In this document: positions 1 through 13,207 of the stretch, piece by piece
How positions within the stretch are numbered: position 1 is the first letter of the stretch
Layout of the letters: each line of letters starts with the position of its first letter
Assembly: GCA_020891255.1 (NCBI GenBank)
Contig: BQFW01000012.1
Location: forward strand, 434,001-498,000
DNA from: Entomortierella parvispora E1425
Lineage: Eukaryota > Fungi > Mortierellomycota
DNA length: 64,000 nt
Reading direction: 5' to 3'
The notes under the pieces: model-generated
Databases searched by the model: none
What the model was told of the DNA's origin: nothing
The model's input: the letters and a program-made list of their open reading frames with translations, nothing else
Translations under genes and position numbers: made by a program

Positions 1-2211
1 TCTTGGACGTGTCCTGCGTCCACATCAAGTGGAGGGAGTCAAGTTTATGTACAAGTGCACTACAGGAGCTGTTCAATCAAATGCATTTGGTTGTATTATG
101 GCGGATGAAATGGGTCTGGGCAAAACGGTAAGCTAATATCCACAGTTGATTCTCTTGTGTCTCTACTTAATGACTCCTTGCTAACACAAAGCGCTGCCCC
201 CAATTTAAATGTCTAGCTTCAATGTATTACACTACTATGGACGCTACTGAAGCAATCACCAGATCCAGGAAAGGGTACAATAGAAAAGTGCATCATTTGT
301 TGCCCTTCATCTCTAGTCCGCAACTGGGCTAACGAAATTGTCAAGTGGCTGGGACCCGGAAAGATTGGCGTGTTGACATGCGATGCAAAGGGAACCAAGG
401 AGGATACCAACAACGCAATGCGCAGATGGGCGTCCGCCAGACAGAGGATGGTCGTGAACCCCGTACTCATCATCAGTTACGAGAGTTTGCGAATGTACGC
501 ACCGATTCTTGCACAGACTCCCATTGGCCTGATGCTCTGCGACGAAGGCCATCGACTCAAGAATTCAGGTACGATTTTGAATTCCAAAAGGCTTCTGTCC
601 TTTCACGGCACAAAACTAACACGCCTTTGTCTTCCTCAACCAGGCTCACAAACATTCGTGGCCCTGAATGAGCTCAATGTTCAGCGAAGAGTGATCTTGT
701 CAGGAACGCCAATTCAGAATGATTTGTCAGAGTACTTTTCGCTTTTGAACTTTGCTAATCCAGGGCTACTCGGATCGACGGCAGAATTCCGAAAGAATTA
801 TGAACTGCCCATTTTGCGAGGACGAGACTCTGAGGCTTCTGATCACGAGCAGGAGATCAGTAATCAAAAGTTGGTCGAGCTCTCCGGAGTTGTCAGCAAA
901 TTTATTATTCGACGGACAAACGATATTCTGTCGAAATACTGTAAGTTGCGTTTGATTGTCCACTTGATCTTAAAATATGTGTTTTCTAATGTCATTCTAC
1001 CTTGACTATTTCCAGTGCCAACCAAGTTTGAACATGTTGTTTTCTGCAAGCTATCAAACTTCCAACTGGATCTGTACAATCATTTCATCAATTCAAAGTC
1101 GATTCAACGATTGCTTCGTGGAAACGGATCTCAGCCTCTCAAAGCCATTGGGTTGCTCAAGAAGCTTTGCAACCACCCAGACCTTTTGGACTTGCCGGAT
1201 GATCTGGAAGGATGCGAAAAACTGTTGCCGCCCGATTATCAGACCAAGGATTCCAGGAAACCGATGTCGCGAGGTGGCGTGTTGGTGCAAACCGAGTTTT
1301 CTGGCAAGATGCAGGTTCTGGATCGGATGTTGGCCAAAATCAAAAAGGAGACCACGGACAAAATCGTCTTGATTTCCAATTACACACAGACATTGGACAT
1401 CTTTGAAAAGCTCTGTCGTCAGAAACAGTAAGTCTCTATTTGAGATGGAATGTCTCTTTTTGTTTCAGGTATAGTTGGCTATAGACCTGGATGACTTATT
1501 GGTCCATTTTTAACTAGATATGGTGTTTTGCGACTGGATGGTACAATGACAATCAACAAGAGACAGAAACTGGTTGACCGCTTCAACAACCCGGATGGAC
1601 ACGAGTTTGTGTTCTTGCTGAGCAGTAAAGCGGGAGGATGCGGTCTCAACCTGATCGGTGCCAACCGATTGATCCTCTTTGACCCTGACTGGAACCCAGC
1701 CGCAGATCAGCAGGCCTTGGCCCGTGTCTGGCGTGATGGTCAAAAGAAGGATTGTACGTATCCCCAACTATGCCAAGAGTATTCATTTGCGTATTGAGAT
1801 CCTTAATTAATGTGTCCGTCTTTCTTGTCTCCAGGTTTCGTTTACCGTTTCATCGCTACAGGCTCGATCGAGGAAAAAATCTTTCAGCGTCAATCCCACA
1901 AGCAATCGCTTTCGTCTTGCGTCGTGGATGAAGATCAGGATGTCGAGCGCCATTTCTCGCAGGAGAATCTTCGCCAACTTTTCCAGTTCAACGACAAGAC
2001 AGAGTGCTGTGATACACACGAGACGTTCAAGTGCAAGCGTTGCGTCGATGGTCGTCAGGTGATGAAGGCACCCCAGGTCTCTTATGGTGACACGTCCACC
2101 TGGAACCATTTCCTGGGCGACCATGATCTTCTCAAGTTGCCCGATCCTCTGCTCAAAGCCGAGGCCGAGACAGGGGCTGTGTCTTTTGTCTTTCAGTACA
2201 TTTCGCATTAG
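1..2211 (+). CDS. RAD54: DNA repair/recombination SNF2-family ATPase Rad54, multi-exon, 5' end outside the window
   Basis: Spliced reading gives [72 protein letters not shown] and the C-terminal [12 protein letters not shown] zinc motif; stop TAG at 2209-2211. Confidence 0.95.
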
Positions 2212-2341
2212 CATTCTTTGCATATCGCATTCTTCACACACACACCACCTGTACAGCTTACTCTCTTTTAATATACAGTTTCTTTTTATTTCGCACCAAA
2301 AATAACGAGGGGTTGATTCGATGAGACCAACATGTTCTTTT

Positions 2342-4593
2342 CTAACCCCAAGATGGGTCCAAGTTCTCATCAAAGGCCGGTTCTGAATCATCGTCCTCCA
2401 GTTCATCCGCATCAAACGTGATCAGGACCGTCGTCGGGTCGTCTTTCACAGGTGGGAACACCAGTTCCTTGTAGTGGTCAAAAACATTGTCGCGGTTCAG
2501 TCGCGACTTGAAGAACCGGAGGATGAACGGCATCGCTACCAAAATTGTTTGGTCAAACTCGCCCATGCCCATCCGGACACAGTTACAGCCACGATGGGTG
2601 TTGTATTCGACCTCGCCCTTGTCTGCAGCCTCTTCAGCTTCTGATTGAGTATAGTCGACCGCATTCTAATGAGTTGTACACAGTTGATCAAAGTGGTCAG
2701 TTGGAGGAACGGCGTCAGGTTCATAAGAAATAGGACCAAACGTTATTTTTTGCGTACCGAAGACCACCACTTTCTGAAGTCCTTGCTAAACTCCTTGTTT
2801 ATGGAGGCTGTGCTCTCAATCATAGCAATGGCCGAGACTCTGTCCTTCAGCTCGTTGACTGTATTCAAAAACCAAAAAAAAAAAAAAAAAAAAAAAAGTT
2901 CCAATGTTAATGCAGTCACTCGCCCAGGCAGAGTGCGGATCAAAAGAGGCTCTTTGCTGACTTACATTGTTCATTCAGTGCCTGCATTAAAGAATGACAT
3001 CCATACTTGTGACCAATGAAAAAGATTTCCCTCGATGCCGCTGGTCTGCATTTCAAAGAAAAAAAAAAAGGAGGGTGGGTCAACAGTGCGTAGGTTTTCC
3101 AGTCAATCGTCGCCTTGCTTCCTAGGTTGAACTTCGGGGGATGTGACCATAAACTGTTGTCGCTTACTGGATAATGTTTTTCAGCACATATGACACATGC
3201 TTCTCTGGACTTTCGAGTTCTATAGAATACTGGTCGTCAGCACACATACAAGGGTATTGGTGGAGGCGATGGACCTAACAGTTTCATCGACCTACCTGGA
3301 ACGAGCACGATGCCTCTTGGATTGGTCGGAGTCATGTACTAGTTAGAACACGAAGCCGTAATGTCAGATATGCATTCAAACATGTTTGTCAATTTCAAGA
3401 AAGTGAATGCTGGCCAGTCATACGGTCGTTTGTCCATTCACCCAGTACTGTGCGTTCGAGTTTAAGATGACCACACCAAATCCTTGATCGATCGCCATCT
3501 TGACCACTGCAAACATTGAGCCATCCTAGATGAAGGGGCAAGTTCAAGATTCGAGTTAGATTATCGTTGACTGAACTCATGGAACTCTAGTGCCTTGCCT
3601 TTTTCTAACAAGTAGATTCAGGCATACCTCAGCGCTATAGTTGCAAACCAATCGACGTGACCAGCTTCCAAGTCTAGGGCAACAAGACAAAAAAACAAGG
3701 AGCTCCATTGATAAGTGACACAGGGTGATAGCCAAGTTCCTGATTTGTGCTATTAAGTGGCACTTACGATTCCATGGTACCAGGCGAGAGGACCAGCAAA
3801 CGTTTGCACTCGTTGTAGTCAGGTCTGTCAGTTCGTCCATGCGTGAAGGGTCAGTATCAACGATCAATAGGATCAACGGTTCGACTCGACAGCTCCAGTC
3901 CCTGTGACATACGTGAGAAGGATATGTGCATGGGGCAAGGTTGTGTCCTCTGGGCTGAACCCTAGAGGCACAATCTTCCTGACGAGTCCAAATTCTTCCT
4001 CCATTCTTTTGACCATGATTTGCACGACCACATCTGAGGAAGGGCAATCGTTCCAGTCGGGCATTAAATTGGTGGCGTCCGAAGAAAGGTCGAAACAAAA
4101 GGCCAAAAAAAAAAAAAAAAAAAAGAAGGGACCATTGAACGTTAGTGTCTATGCTGATGGTCATAAGATCGCATTGATGGGTGACAATGACAGATACTCA
4201 AGGCTCTACGCTACATTACCACAGAGGGCGCGACCGTGTGCTTCTTCATAGTCTCTGTTCTTGGCCTTCAAGTTGAACGTGTACTCCTTTCCTGTTTGGT
4301 AGACAAGACAACTTTGACAGGTCAGCGTTTCATGTCGCAGCGGAATGAAATGAAAATGAAAGAGAAACAGGGGATCAATGGCATCATGTAAAAGGGGTGC
4401 ATGAACTGAAGAGTAGAGTGATGGTCTGCTATGCTTCCCATTGCCCAGTGCGCCGAAATGTAAAAAAAAGGGGAGAGGAGCTCATGCCTTCGGCATCGAC
4501 GAGTCGACTTTTGTCGTTGAGGGTATATCCAAAGCCCGCGAGATCTGTCGGGAAGACGGGGGGAGGTGGCTTCCTGATGACACGACGGTACAT
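2342..4593 (-). CDS. ARB2: Arb2/FAM172-family protein (alpha/beta-hydrolase-like fold), multi-exon
   Basis: ATG at 4593 (MYRRVIRKPPPPVFPTDLAGFGYTLNDK), then exons encoding VVVQIMVKRMEEEFGL, GSWSRRLVCN, ESPEKHVSYV, EIFFIGHKYG, DRVSAIAMIES and MPFILRFF. These match the recalled FAM172A blocks FPDTLEGFEYAFN, GQWARRLIIN, SPEEH, FFVAHSYG, VTAVALTDS and PSIFKFF in order. Confidence 0.8.
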
Positions 4594-4651
4594 GGTAATG
4601 TGTTCTGTGAGGGTAGGATGTAATGCAATGATGAGATGGAGCAAGAGCGGG

Positions 4652-4672
4652 AAGAGAGAGAGAGAGAGAAGA
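4652..4672. repeat. (GA)n microsatellite upstream of the Arb2 start
   Basis: gaagagagagagagagaagag read directly. Confidence 0.7.
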
Positions 4673-5480
4673 GGGCGAAGCAGAGATGCATGCGACGCGA
4701 CTTTTTCGTTCTCTTGCACGTGATCCATGGTCAATGGCCGCCTTTTGTTCCACGAGAGCAGATCGACTTTTCCTTTGTTGTTTTGCTGTGCGCGGTGGAC
4801 AGACGAAGAAGAACAGCGGCCAGCACCGTGTACAAAGATCCATCTCTTGAGAGAACAAGGGACCCCCGTTTCGGGATTCTGGATTCTGGAGCATCGATCT
4901 GAAATGTGGTTCATCGAGGAGAGGAAATGAACACGTTTGATGTTTGCAGCGCGATCGAAGATACATATTCCAAGATCCCAGCGTCGATTGTAGGCGGCAT
5001 AGTACGTGCATTATTTATAGCCTTCCCCCCCTACGGATAAATGTCGACCGCAAAGAAGCAAAGGGATGGGAGGATGGGAGAATGAAGGCAGTGCAGACTG
5101 CCTAGCCTTCACTCGAGTTGTACCAACACCCAAAGATGCATGTCCGCCTTGCCCGGTACCACAGCCAGTCGACGTAAATAATTTCCGAGTGAGTGCAGTC
5201 TGTCGACCATGGGCTGCCTTGCCTCCTTCTCCCAGCCTTTGACTCACGAATCATCGTTCCTCCCTCTCTTCTCTTCATTTTCACTTCTTTCGTCTTTACT
5301 CTCTCTGTCTGTCTCTTCTTTGCTCCTCCTAAAATCCTCCTCTAACCTAACTCGTCATCCTCCTTTTTTGTATATTCTACCCTGTGAAATCAACCCTCAT
5401 CAGCACACCAGAAAACATAGTCGCGTCTATTCCTCCCTTCCTTCGTACTCTCAGGATCAGGAGATCACGTTCGCTCAAAC

Positions 5481-8400
5481 ATGGCTCTTGCGGCGACATG
5501 GAAGGTGGCCATCCAGAATGCATCTCTTTCCACTGTCCAGGCAATGATCCGTCAATCGAAAGCAAGCCATGAAGAGGAACAGGAAGCCCCATCTCTACCC
5601 ATGCTCAAGGTCCTCAGGGACTGTTTCCCGTCTCATCTGCAGGAGCGGGCGACGAAACTTCTTGGGGTCGAGTTTGGGACTATCGCTGGATCATGCTTCA
5701 TGGATATGACCCCTCTTCAACTCAGCATGATCATGCAGCATGCAAACCATGCCCCGGACAGCGAGAGTCGCGTCCAGATCACCGAGTTGCTTCTTGCGGT
5801 AAGATATATAGAAAACAAACAAACATGCGCGCACAACAGCAAAACGCCTTTCTATTTTTTTTCTGTTTTGATTCTGCCGTCTTTGTGGTATTCCAAGAGC
5901 ATTGTGTTTTGGTGGCAATTGCCCTGCATGCATGCCATCTATTCTTGATCTGATGCCCTGATTTTCCCCTCTCATCGCATAGGCAACGACTCCAGAAGAC
6001 GTGGCAGGACACAAAATCGCACAAGGGAACAATGCTTTGCATCTCGCAGCATTCCTGGGCATGGATAGCACCCTGGAAATGCTGGTGGCCCAAGGCTGTG
6101 ACCCTTTGATCAAGAACGGACGCAGTCTCAACGCTTTGGAGATCAAGGAGGCGATGGGTGTTTCCGACGACTGTTTGGAGACCCTTTTAGCGCAAAGGCC
6201 GCCTGTTCAGGATCAACCCTTTAAATACAAGGTCGGCGATATACCACCAGAGGGGCAAGAGCAAGAGTCACTGGAGGGCACCAACTCGCCCATACCCAAC
6301 AACAACTCACGAAGAAGTCAGGTCGGCGGTGGCGACACTATCAACCTTTACACCAACCAACGGGAGGATAGTGGCAGCCTTGATCTTACGGAGAAAATCC
6401 CGGAAGTTCTAGAGCTGACTTTTGAGAACAGACGCCATTCTACCCCGATCAAAGACTCGCAACAGCCCTCGGATCATGACAGTTCAACTGTGCAGCTTAT
6501 CGAGCAGGATGCCTTGTACGAACAGCAGGGTCACCTCCACTTTATGTCCCGGGAAGAATATCTGTACGCGTCAGAGGACGATTTCAATGGACTGAGAAGC
6601 GAGCGCGACCCCGCATGCTTCCTGCGTGTCGTACTGCAACCCAGTAAGAAGAAGCTATATTCGATTCTAAAGCGAGGCCAGAACCAACCAGGTCTACCTG
6701 AAGATGTCGCTGCAGAAGCCTATCGCTCATACCTTGCGCGCCTGGACGTCCAATTGAACTTGAAGCCTCTTTGTGGACAGAACAGCTTGTCATGCACCAA
6801 GGGGGTTTCTTGGGAACCCATCGCGAAAATTCTAACAGTCAGGCGACATATCCTGTCAGAGGACCAGCTCTCTGTCTCCAGTAGCGATAGTGAGGACGGC
6901 GACAGTATCCTGGAGACGTACTTTGAGCCAGTCAGGGACAAAAACGCCTTTTACTGTGAACTAGACGATGAGAGCGACGAGGAAAGAGCGTCCCTGTATA
7001 CTGAAGATCGACCTGTAACGCCATTTGGGATCATGGGCAGCCATTTCAGCAACAGCAGCAGTTTGGATTTGAGCTCTCTCGTGGCCCAGGATGGACCTCC
7101 TCCATTTCCAACGTATCAACGGCCTCTACCTCAGACGCCTTCAGACCACGCCCAGGGAACTCGTCTCTCGTCTTCAAGTCATCGACGTGCTGCAAGGCCA
7201 CCCACCCCGCTTGATCTGAGACCACTAGAGCACTATGCGCTTGTTGGAAAGAAGAGAGAGCCCTTGCGATCGCCACCACCGCCTGCCCCATACACTCACC
7301 TATATAGAGGGCGACGGTCAATCGAGCCAGCTCCGCTTCAACCAGCTCCTGTTCCATCATCACGGCCGCCGCATCCTTTACATCTTGTCCAGGATATTGT
7401 CAAAGGAGTTCTGCCGGATCTGAACAAACCACTCCCACCGCTCCAAGCGGGTACTCGAGGAATTTCCAGTCTCAAATCCACGATTCAGAGAAAATGGACG
7501 GGTCAGCCTCTGCGCTCCTTGTCAGCCTCGATCGTGCCAGCGAGTTCAGGGTTCGATGATCCCGTTACTAGGGTCTCCAGACAGCTGTCCCTTCCAATCC
7601 CCACGAGACACTCTCCTATCGAGACTGAAACGGCGCCACTGCAGGCACCAAAAACCACAGTTACTGTTCTGAGAGCACCACAACTGTACCCAGATCAACT
7701 TTTAGAAGGCCCAAAATCCGTCTTTCGGGGATCAGACGACACTCTCGCGCAGGCACCGCCTGACATCGAGTATCAAGATGAAAATGGGCCACCAGTAATG
7801 GAGAGTTTTGGCGGCTTTGTTCATGACCCCACTCAGCCGTGTTTCCAGATCATGGATCGACGGCGGGAAAGACGCGACTCCACGGCTAAAGTGACCGCGT
7901 TTATGTCGCCCTCAATACCTGATCTTTCTGGGTTCTTCCCAAGGTTAGGAAATGCCCTCCAGGCTGGACTTCAGCAGGCCATTCAATTGTCGCGACCCTC
8001 CTCTCCTATTAGTCTTGTGCGTTCTCAGAACCGGGAAATCCTGGCAATTGACCCGAAGATGCCGGCCAAGTCGGCAAGTCTGGAGTCTTCCTCATCCCCA
8101 ACGAGTCTTCAATCGGGGAGATCTTCACGCCGAACCTTTGCCTCTTCCTGGAGTCAGAGAAAGAAAGTGGTTCTACCGACCATTGTTGTGCAGCCATCGT
8201 CTCCGGACACGAAGGAAACAGATATGGAGGTGCCAGTGGATGGTTGGGTGCATGGTCAAGACCTTGACCGGGAGGACCCTGTTCTCTACACCACATCTGA
8301 ATCCGAGCAGGTGAGTAACTCACATCGCCTGTTCAATATTGTAATCTGCAGTCTGATCTAAAGAGTTTTTCGTTTTTGTTCATATAGGAGGATGACATGC

Positions 8401-11322
8401 AGTTGCTAAAAAAGAGACGCGTGAGATCCCTCCCGATGAAACGAGAAAAACCTCACGTATTTACAGATGTAGAGCAGGACATCGACTTTAAAGAATGCAA
8501 TGGGCTCTCACCGCGTTTCGCTGAGTGGAGCAACGCTGAAATCGAAGCCGATTTCAAGTTTTTTGCATCGACAATAGCAGACTTTGAACGACTTGCACAG
8601 GGCGACAAGGTAAATTTACAGATGCAACTGAATTTAACGAAAGTATGACACCCCAATCAATGTCTCCACTCACCCAGTCTTCTTTTTTTTTGCTGCCGCG
8701 CAGGGGCAGAGTTATACTCTTCGCCGATCCATCAGGACAACCTTCTATACTGATCGCCCACGACGGTCGCCTTTGAAAGTCAGTCCATGGAAGAGTGCTA
8801 CTTCGATGGAGGACAAAGTGTCTCGACGCAGGACCCTCTCCAACCAGAACTACGCCTCCACCATCGACACGGGGGTCCTTTACATGAGAATCAGAAGCAT
8901 CGAACACTTTTCTCTTCCAATCTTGGACGAAACTACAATGGCGTCAATCCGGATCGACACAGGATTCGAAAAGGTCGATACGGATTATGTTCTTCTGGAC
9001 GATTTGAGTGTTTTATTCAACCAAGAGTTTTGCCTGTAAGTCTCCATGCCGCCTTATGAGGACATGTAAGAGGAGAAGTAGGTGGAACTGGAAGGAGGTT
9101 TATCATATTTCTAATCCATGGTTTTCCACTTTTGGTATAGCCCTGTCTGTCCAGGTCTTGCCATCACATTGACGTTGCATCTCATGCAAGCGCCTCACCT
9201 CCAGCCACGATATGCTTCTCCTCAGGTTCTGTTGACCCCTTCGCCTGATAGTGGCGAGAGCGACCAAGGTTTCTTTGATGAAGAAGTCCATGTGGCCATT
9301 CAATTACAGCAACAGCAACAGCAGCATGGACAACAGTCGGTCTCTTCAAAGTCAAAGACGCCATCGGTACCACTACGGAAACAAGAAGCGGGGAATCGCA
9401 CACCTATTGCTTGGGCCAAAGCTGCCGCTGCGGCAGCATCTACCTCTTCTGCTATCCGCCAGAAACTCGTCCTTCCTTCGATCTTCAAGTCGAGGTCACA
9501 GATGAGTACCCCAACAACAATATCTTCCTTAGTCATTGGATCCAACTCGGATACACCCATCACCAAGTCAACGCCAGGCACCTCCTTTGAGAGTGTGGGT
9601 ATGGAGCATGGAAGGGAGTGGTTCGCCAGATCGACGGCAATGGCTTCCGCGCAAACTAAAGTTCAATCGCTCCCTGCGACCCTTAAATCCCCAACGTTCG
9701 CCATCATTCCAAGCTGTGCTCAGGACGCGTCAGTTCCAATCGAACACAAGGATCCAAAGAACAATGGCGATACAAGCAAGAGCACCTTCCTGAAATGGAA
9801 GACGGGAATTGCTCAAACTGTCCGGCGAAAAGGAAAGAACGTGGTGCAGGAGGAGGCACGGCGTCAGAGGGAGCGTCCTCATTCACAAGACATTTTTTCG
9901 ATCGATGATGTCGAGAGTTTGAAGCCGTTCAACATGAAATTCCGCAAAGGAACCAGAACTCCAGTCCACGAGTCAAACAGTGATGATGGTGCCACCACCT
10001 TTGTCATCCATCCTACCAGCGATTCCGTTACTCAAGAAGGGAGAGAAAAGTCGACGGTTCTTCCTATTTCAGAAACGGGTTCAATGCATCCTCCGCTGCC
10101 ATCTGGGCCATCGGCGGACGGTGCCCTGATCAAGACCTCTCGCAAGAAAAAGACTTCAAAGGTTACCAAGGCGAATGAGCCCACCGTCTCCCTGACCAAG
10201 TTATCGATGTCAGAGATTCGATCGACAGAGACCCCGCTCGAGATCTTGACGCGCCATATTCTTTTTGACGACGAGAACTGTATCGGTCGATCTGGGATCG
10301 TCTTCAAGGAACTCCAGTCCTCCTGCGAGAACACGATTGTCCCTGTGGATTTTGTCATGGTCAACAATTGGGTCGATCGATATGATTATGGACGCGTCCT
10401 ACCTACAGAGCGAGGAAGTCGTCAAGTCTTTCCTGCTCATGGTGATCTGCCCAAGGTTGGAGATCGACTGTTGACCCCTCCGTTGCAACAGGATGTCGTA
10501 ACAACAACAGCGGCTGTTTCTCAGGGCGACAGCGGCTCAGACAGCAACGATGCAGTGTCAGAAACGGATACTGAGACCGACGAAGAGTCCTTGGTGGCGA
10601 AGGTATCGACATCGCTCTGCTTCATTCCCGGGCCAGTGGTGGACCCAGAAGATGTCATGTACGAGGATCAGAATCATATACCGACCGAGCCCCAGAACCT
10701 GCAGGATTGTCAGTTTGGGTTGTATTACTTTCGTTGGCAGGACAGGGTGACGTTTGAGGGGCCTCTGTTTTACTTGACCGAGCGAGGATTCTGGAAAGAG
10801 GGTTGGTTTACGCTGAGAGGATCCTTGCTTCTGCAACGGGCAGGAAAGTGGAGCAACGACGCTCTAATGCAGGGTTCGGAGCAGCAGCCAAGGTGCCTGG
10901 ATTTGGAAACTGTTAGGTATCTGCAGACCAATCGAGGGATCTTCAAGACTACAGCCAAATATCTGGATGGGGAGGAGAAGGGCCAAGACGAGGATCATCT
11001 GTCCCACAGAAGGATGTCGCTCTGCATGTCATTTGATGGAGATTATGAAAATCTGGGCAGAGATGACGATGAAGACGACGACGATTATGACCATGCCGCC
11101 GATGATCAGGATGAAGGATCGTTCTACCCAGTCCGAAACGGATTCCGGCTCAAAATGAAGGTCTGCAACATCCACAGGAGTAGCAGCAGCTGGCGAGCAA
11201 CCACTCGGACAGCAGTCATTCAGGATTTCTATGCTGCCACGCCAGAGCTGGCCCAGGCTTGGGTGTCGGCCATTATTACGAATTGTCGCGAGCGGCCCCC
11301 AAAGCCGTACTGGCTTCGATGA
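5481..11322 (+). CDS. Large scaffold: N-terminal ankyrin repeat, long disordered region, anillin/Bud4-like C2-type domain and C-terminal PH domain
   Basis: GNNALHLAAFLG...GCDPLIKN (ankyrin); TGVLYMRIRSIEHFSLP...IRIDTG...FNQEFCL resembles the Bud4/Mid2 anillin-homology region; FEGPLFYL...WKEGWFTL...FYAATPELAQAWVSAI is a PH fold. GT-AG introns at about 5799-5982, 8311-8388, 8610-8700 and 9036-9140. Confidence 0.7.
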
Positions 11323-11525
11323 GGGGCAAGACAGAAAAGGGAGGCAATATCAATGAATGAACAACAGCAGCTTTGACACACATGCGCTGGTAGCATATTA
11401 GTCATACAATGTCTGAAAATTGAAGAGTCAATGAACTATGATTGTCCCTTGTTTTCCAATGGGGGTATGTTATTAGGTGAATGAATGAAATTACAAGAGA
11501 TGAAGAAAGACAAATGTGTATATAT

Positions 11526-12879
11526 CTAGCACTTGGCGGCATCCCCCTTCAGGAACTGTTGACGAAGGATTTCCATTTCGTCCAGTACTGCCTTTCCTTG
11601 AGCCCGCTCGTACTCGTGGACATGCTCGACCTTCAAAAACTCCTTTCCAAAAGATCCGACGGCGCTTCCGTACTTGAACCGATAATCCAGCTCAGCGCGA
11701 GCGGTCGCCACTGATGGTTCTGTCGTGGAGGCCACGGTTGAGACATTGGCCAGGGCCACATAGGTGTTTGAATATGCTCCGTGGTAGCTGCTGATGGTCT
11801 GGTTCCGCTCGCCAAAGATGCGGACAAGGTAATGGAACGACATTCGGAGGAGGATGATCCAAACAGCCAATCCACCAATGCCACTGCAGACCACGCCTGG
11901 TTGTGTTGTGATCGAGACAATATTCTTCTTTGCATTCGCCATTGTCGTCGTCGATGAGCTCTCCAAAGCCATCTTTGAGCTCGATCGAGTCACTCGCCTC
12001 ATGGATCCTGGAGGGGTCGAGTCCAAAACAGAGGTGGAGGATCCAGAAGTCAACGCTCGATCCTCAGTCTCGCCCTCAACACCGGACCAAACCTCGTTCA
12101 ATCGAATGGCGATCAGATCCGTGACCCACTTTGAGTTTTCATAAGGCTGGATCGATTCGAATCCTTGCCAGTCGTTGGGATCAAAGCTATCCTTCTCTGC
12201 CGTCAAGGAGCTGGTCCAGATCACCTTGCCAGGCTGAGAAGCCGAGGGTCCCTCCAAAACAGATTCCAGTCCGCGAGCCATCAGATAATGACCAAAAACA
12301 TTGCAGGCAATGACATTGGCGATACCGTCCTCCGTCTTGTGCTGTTTGGGTTGCAACAGCACATCCGAGCGCCGGAAGAGATCCATGGGCGACATGAACA
12401 TTTCCGTGATAATCTTGCCCCAACGCAAGCCGACAGAGGGCAAGACGCCGGCGTTGCAGAACAAAAAGTCGACTCTGGTGAATTGTTGCAGGATGCGGTG
12501 GTTGAAGGCGAGGACAGAGGCCACGCTGCCGACATCGACCAGTTCCAGACGCAGGTCGGGTGGATGAAACGACCTTGTCGGGTCATGGCTCTGGAGTTTG
12601 GTAAAGTATTCCTGAAGACTGTCAAGGGCTTCCTGAGCCCGGTTTTTGTTCCGGCAGGCGAGGATGACGATGAGGGGGTCTGGGCTTTCTTGGACAAGAC
12701 GCTGGACGATGGCATATCCGACGCCACTAAAAAAATAAGAGAAGATAAAAAGGTGGATCAGATGAATGAATGCACATGGGGTATATGCAGATGGAGAACA
12801 GGTCCATTATAGATGAGGAAACATACGTGTTGGCACCGGTGACGATGGCGACTCTCTTTGCAGGGGCTGATCCGGTCAT
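11526..12879 (-). CDS. ERG27: 3-keto-steroid reductase (SDR)
   Basis: ATG at 12879 (MTGSAPAKRVAIVTGAN), VDFLFCNAG, NVFGHYLM, VIWTSS and the YENSK YxxxK motif; this layout is typical of Erg27/HSD17B7. Confidence 0.85.
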
Positions 12880-13207
12880 GGTGTTGTAGAGTGTGAATGA
12901 AGAGAAGGGGAAAGAGAAAAGAAAAAGAGAGATGCAAACACAGCAGAAAAAGAGTGGCCTGACACGGCCCTTGTGCGACCCTGAATTTCATGTGGGTGGG
13001 AATGGGGAATGGGAATGGGGATCGTACGATGGTACGATCACTTACTGGTGGGTGTAATTTGAACGGGTCAATTTGAACCCAGATTAAAAGAGTCACGTGT
13101 ACTCTTCCTTCTGTTCGTCTTTCTTTCCTCCCACACGCATCCTTCATTGGTGCATGCAATCAATCCTTTAGACAACGGAAACAGGACAAAGGAAATCAAT
13201 CATCACC

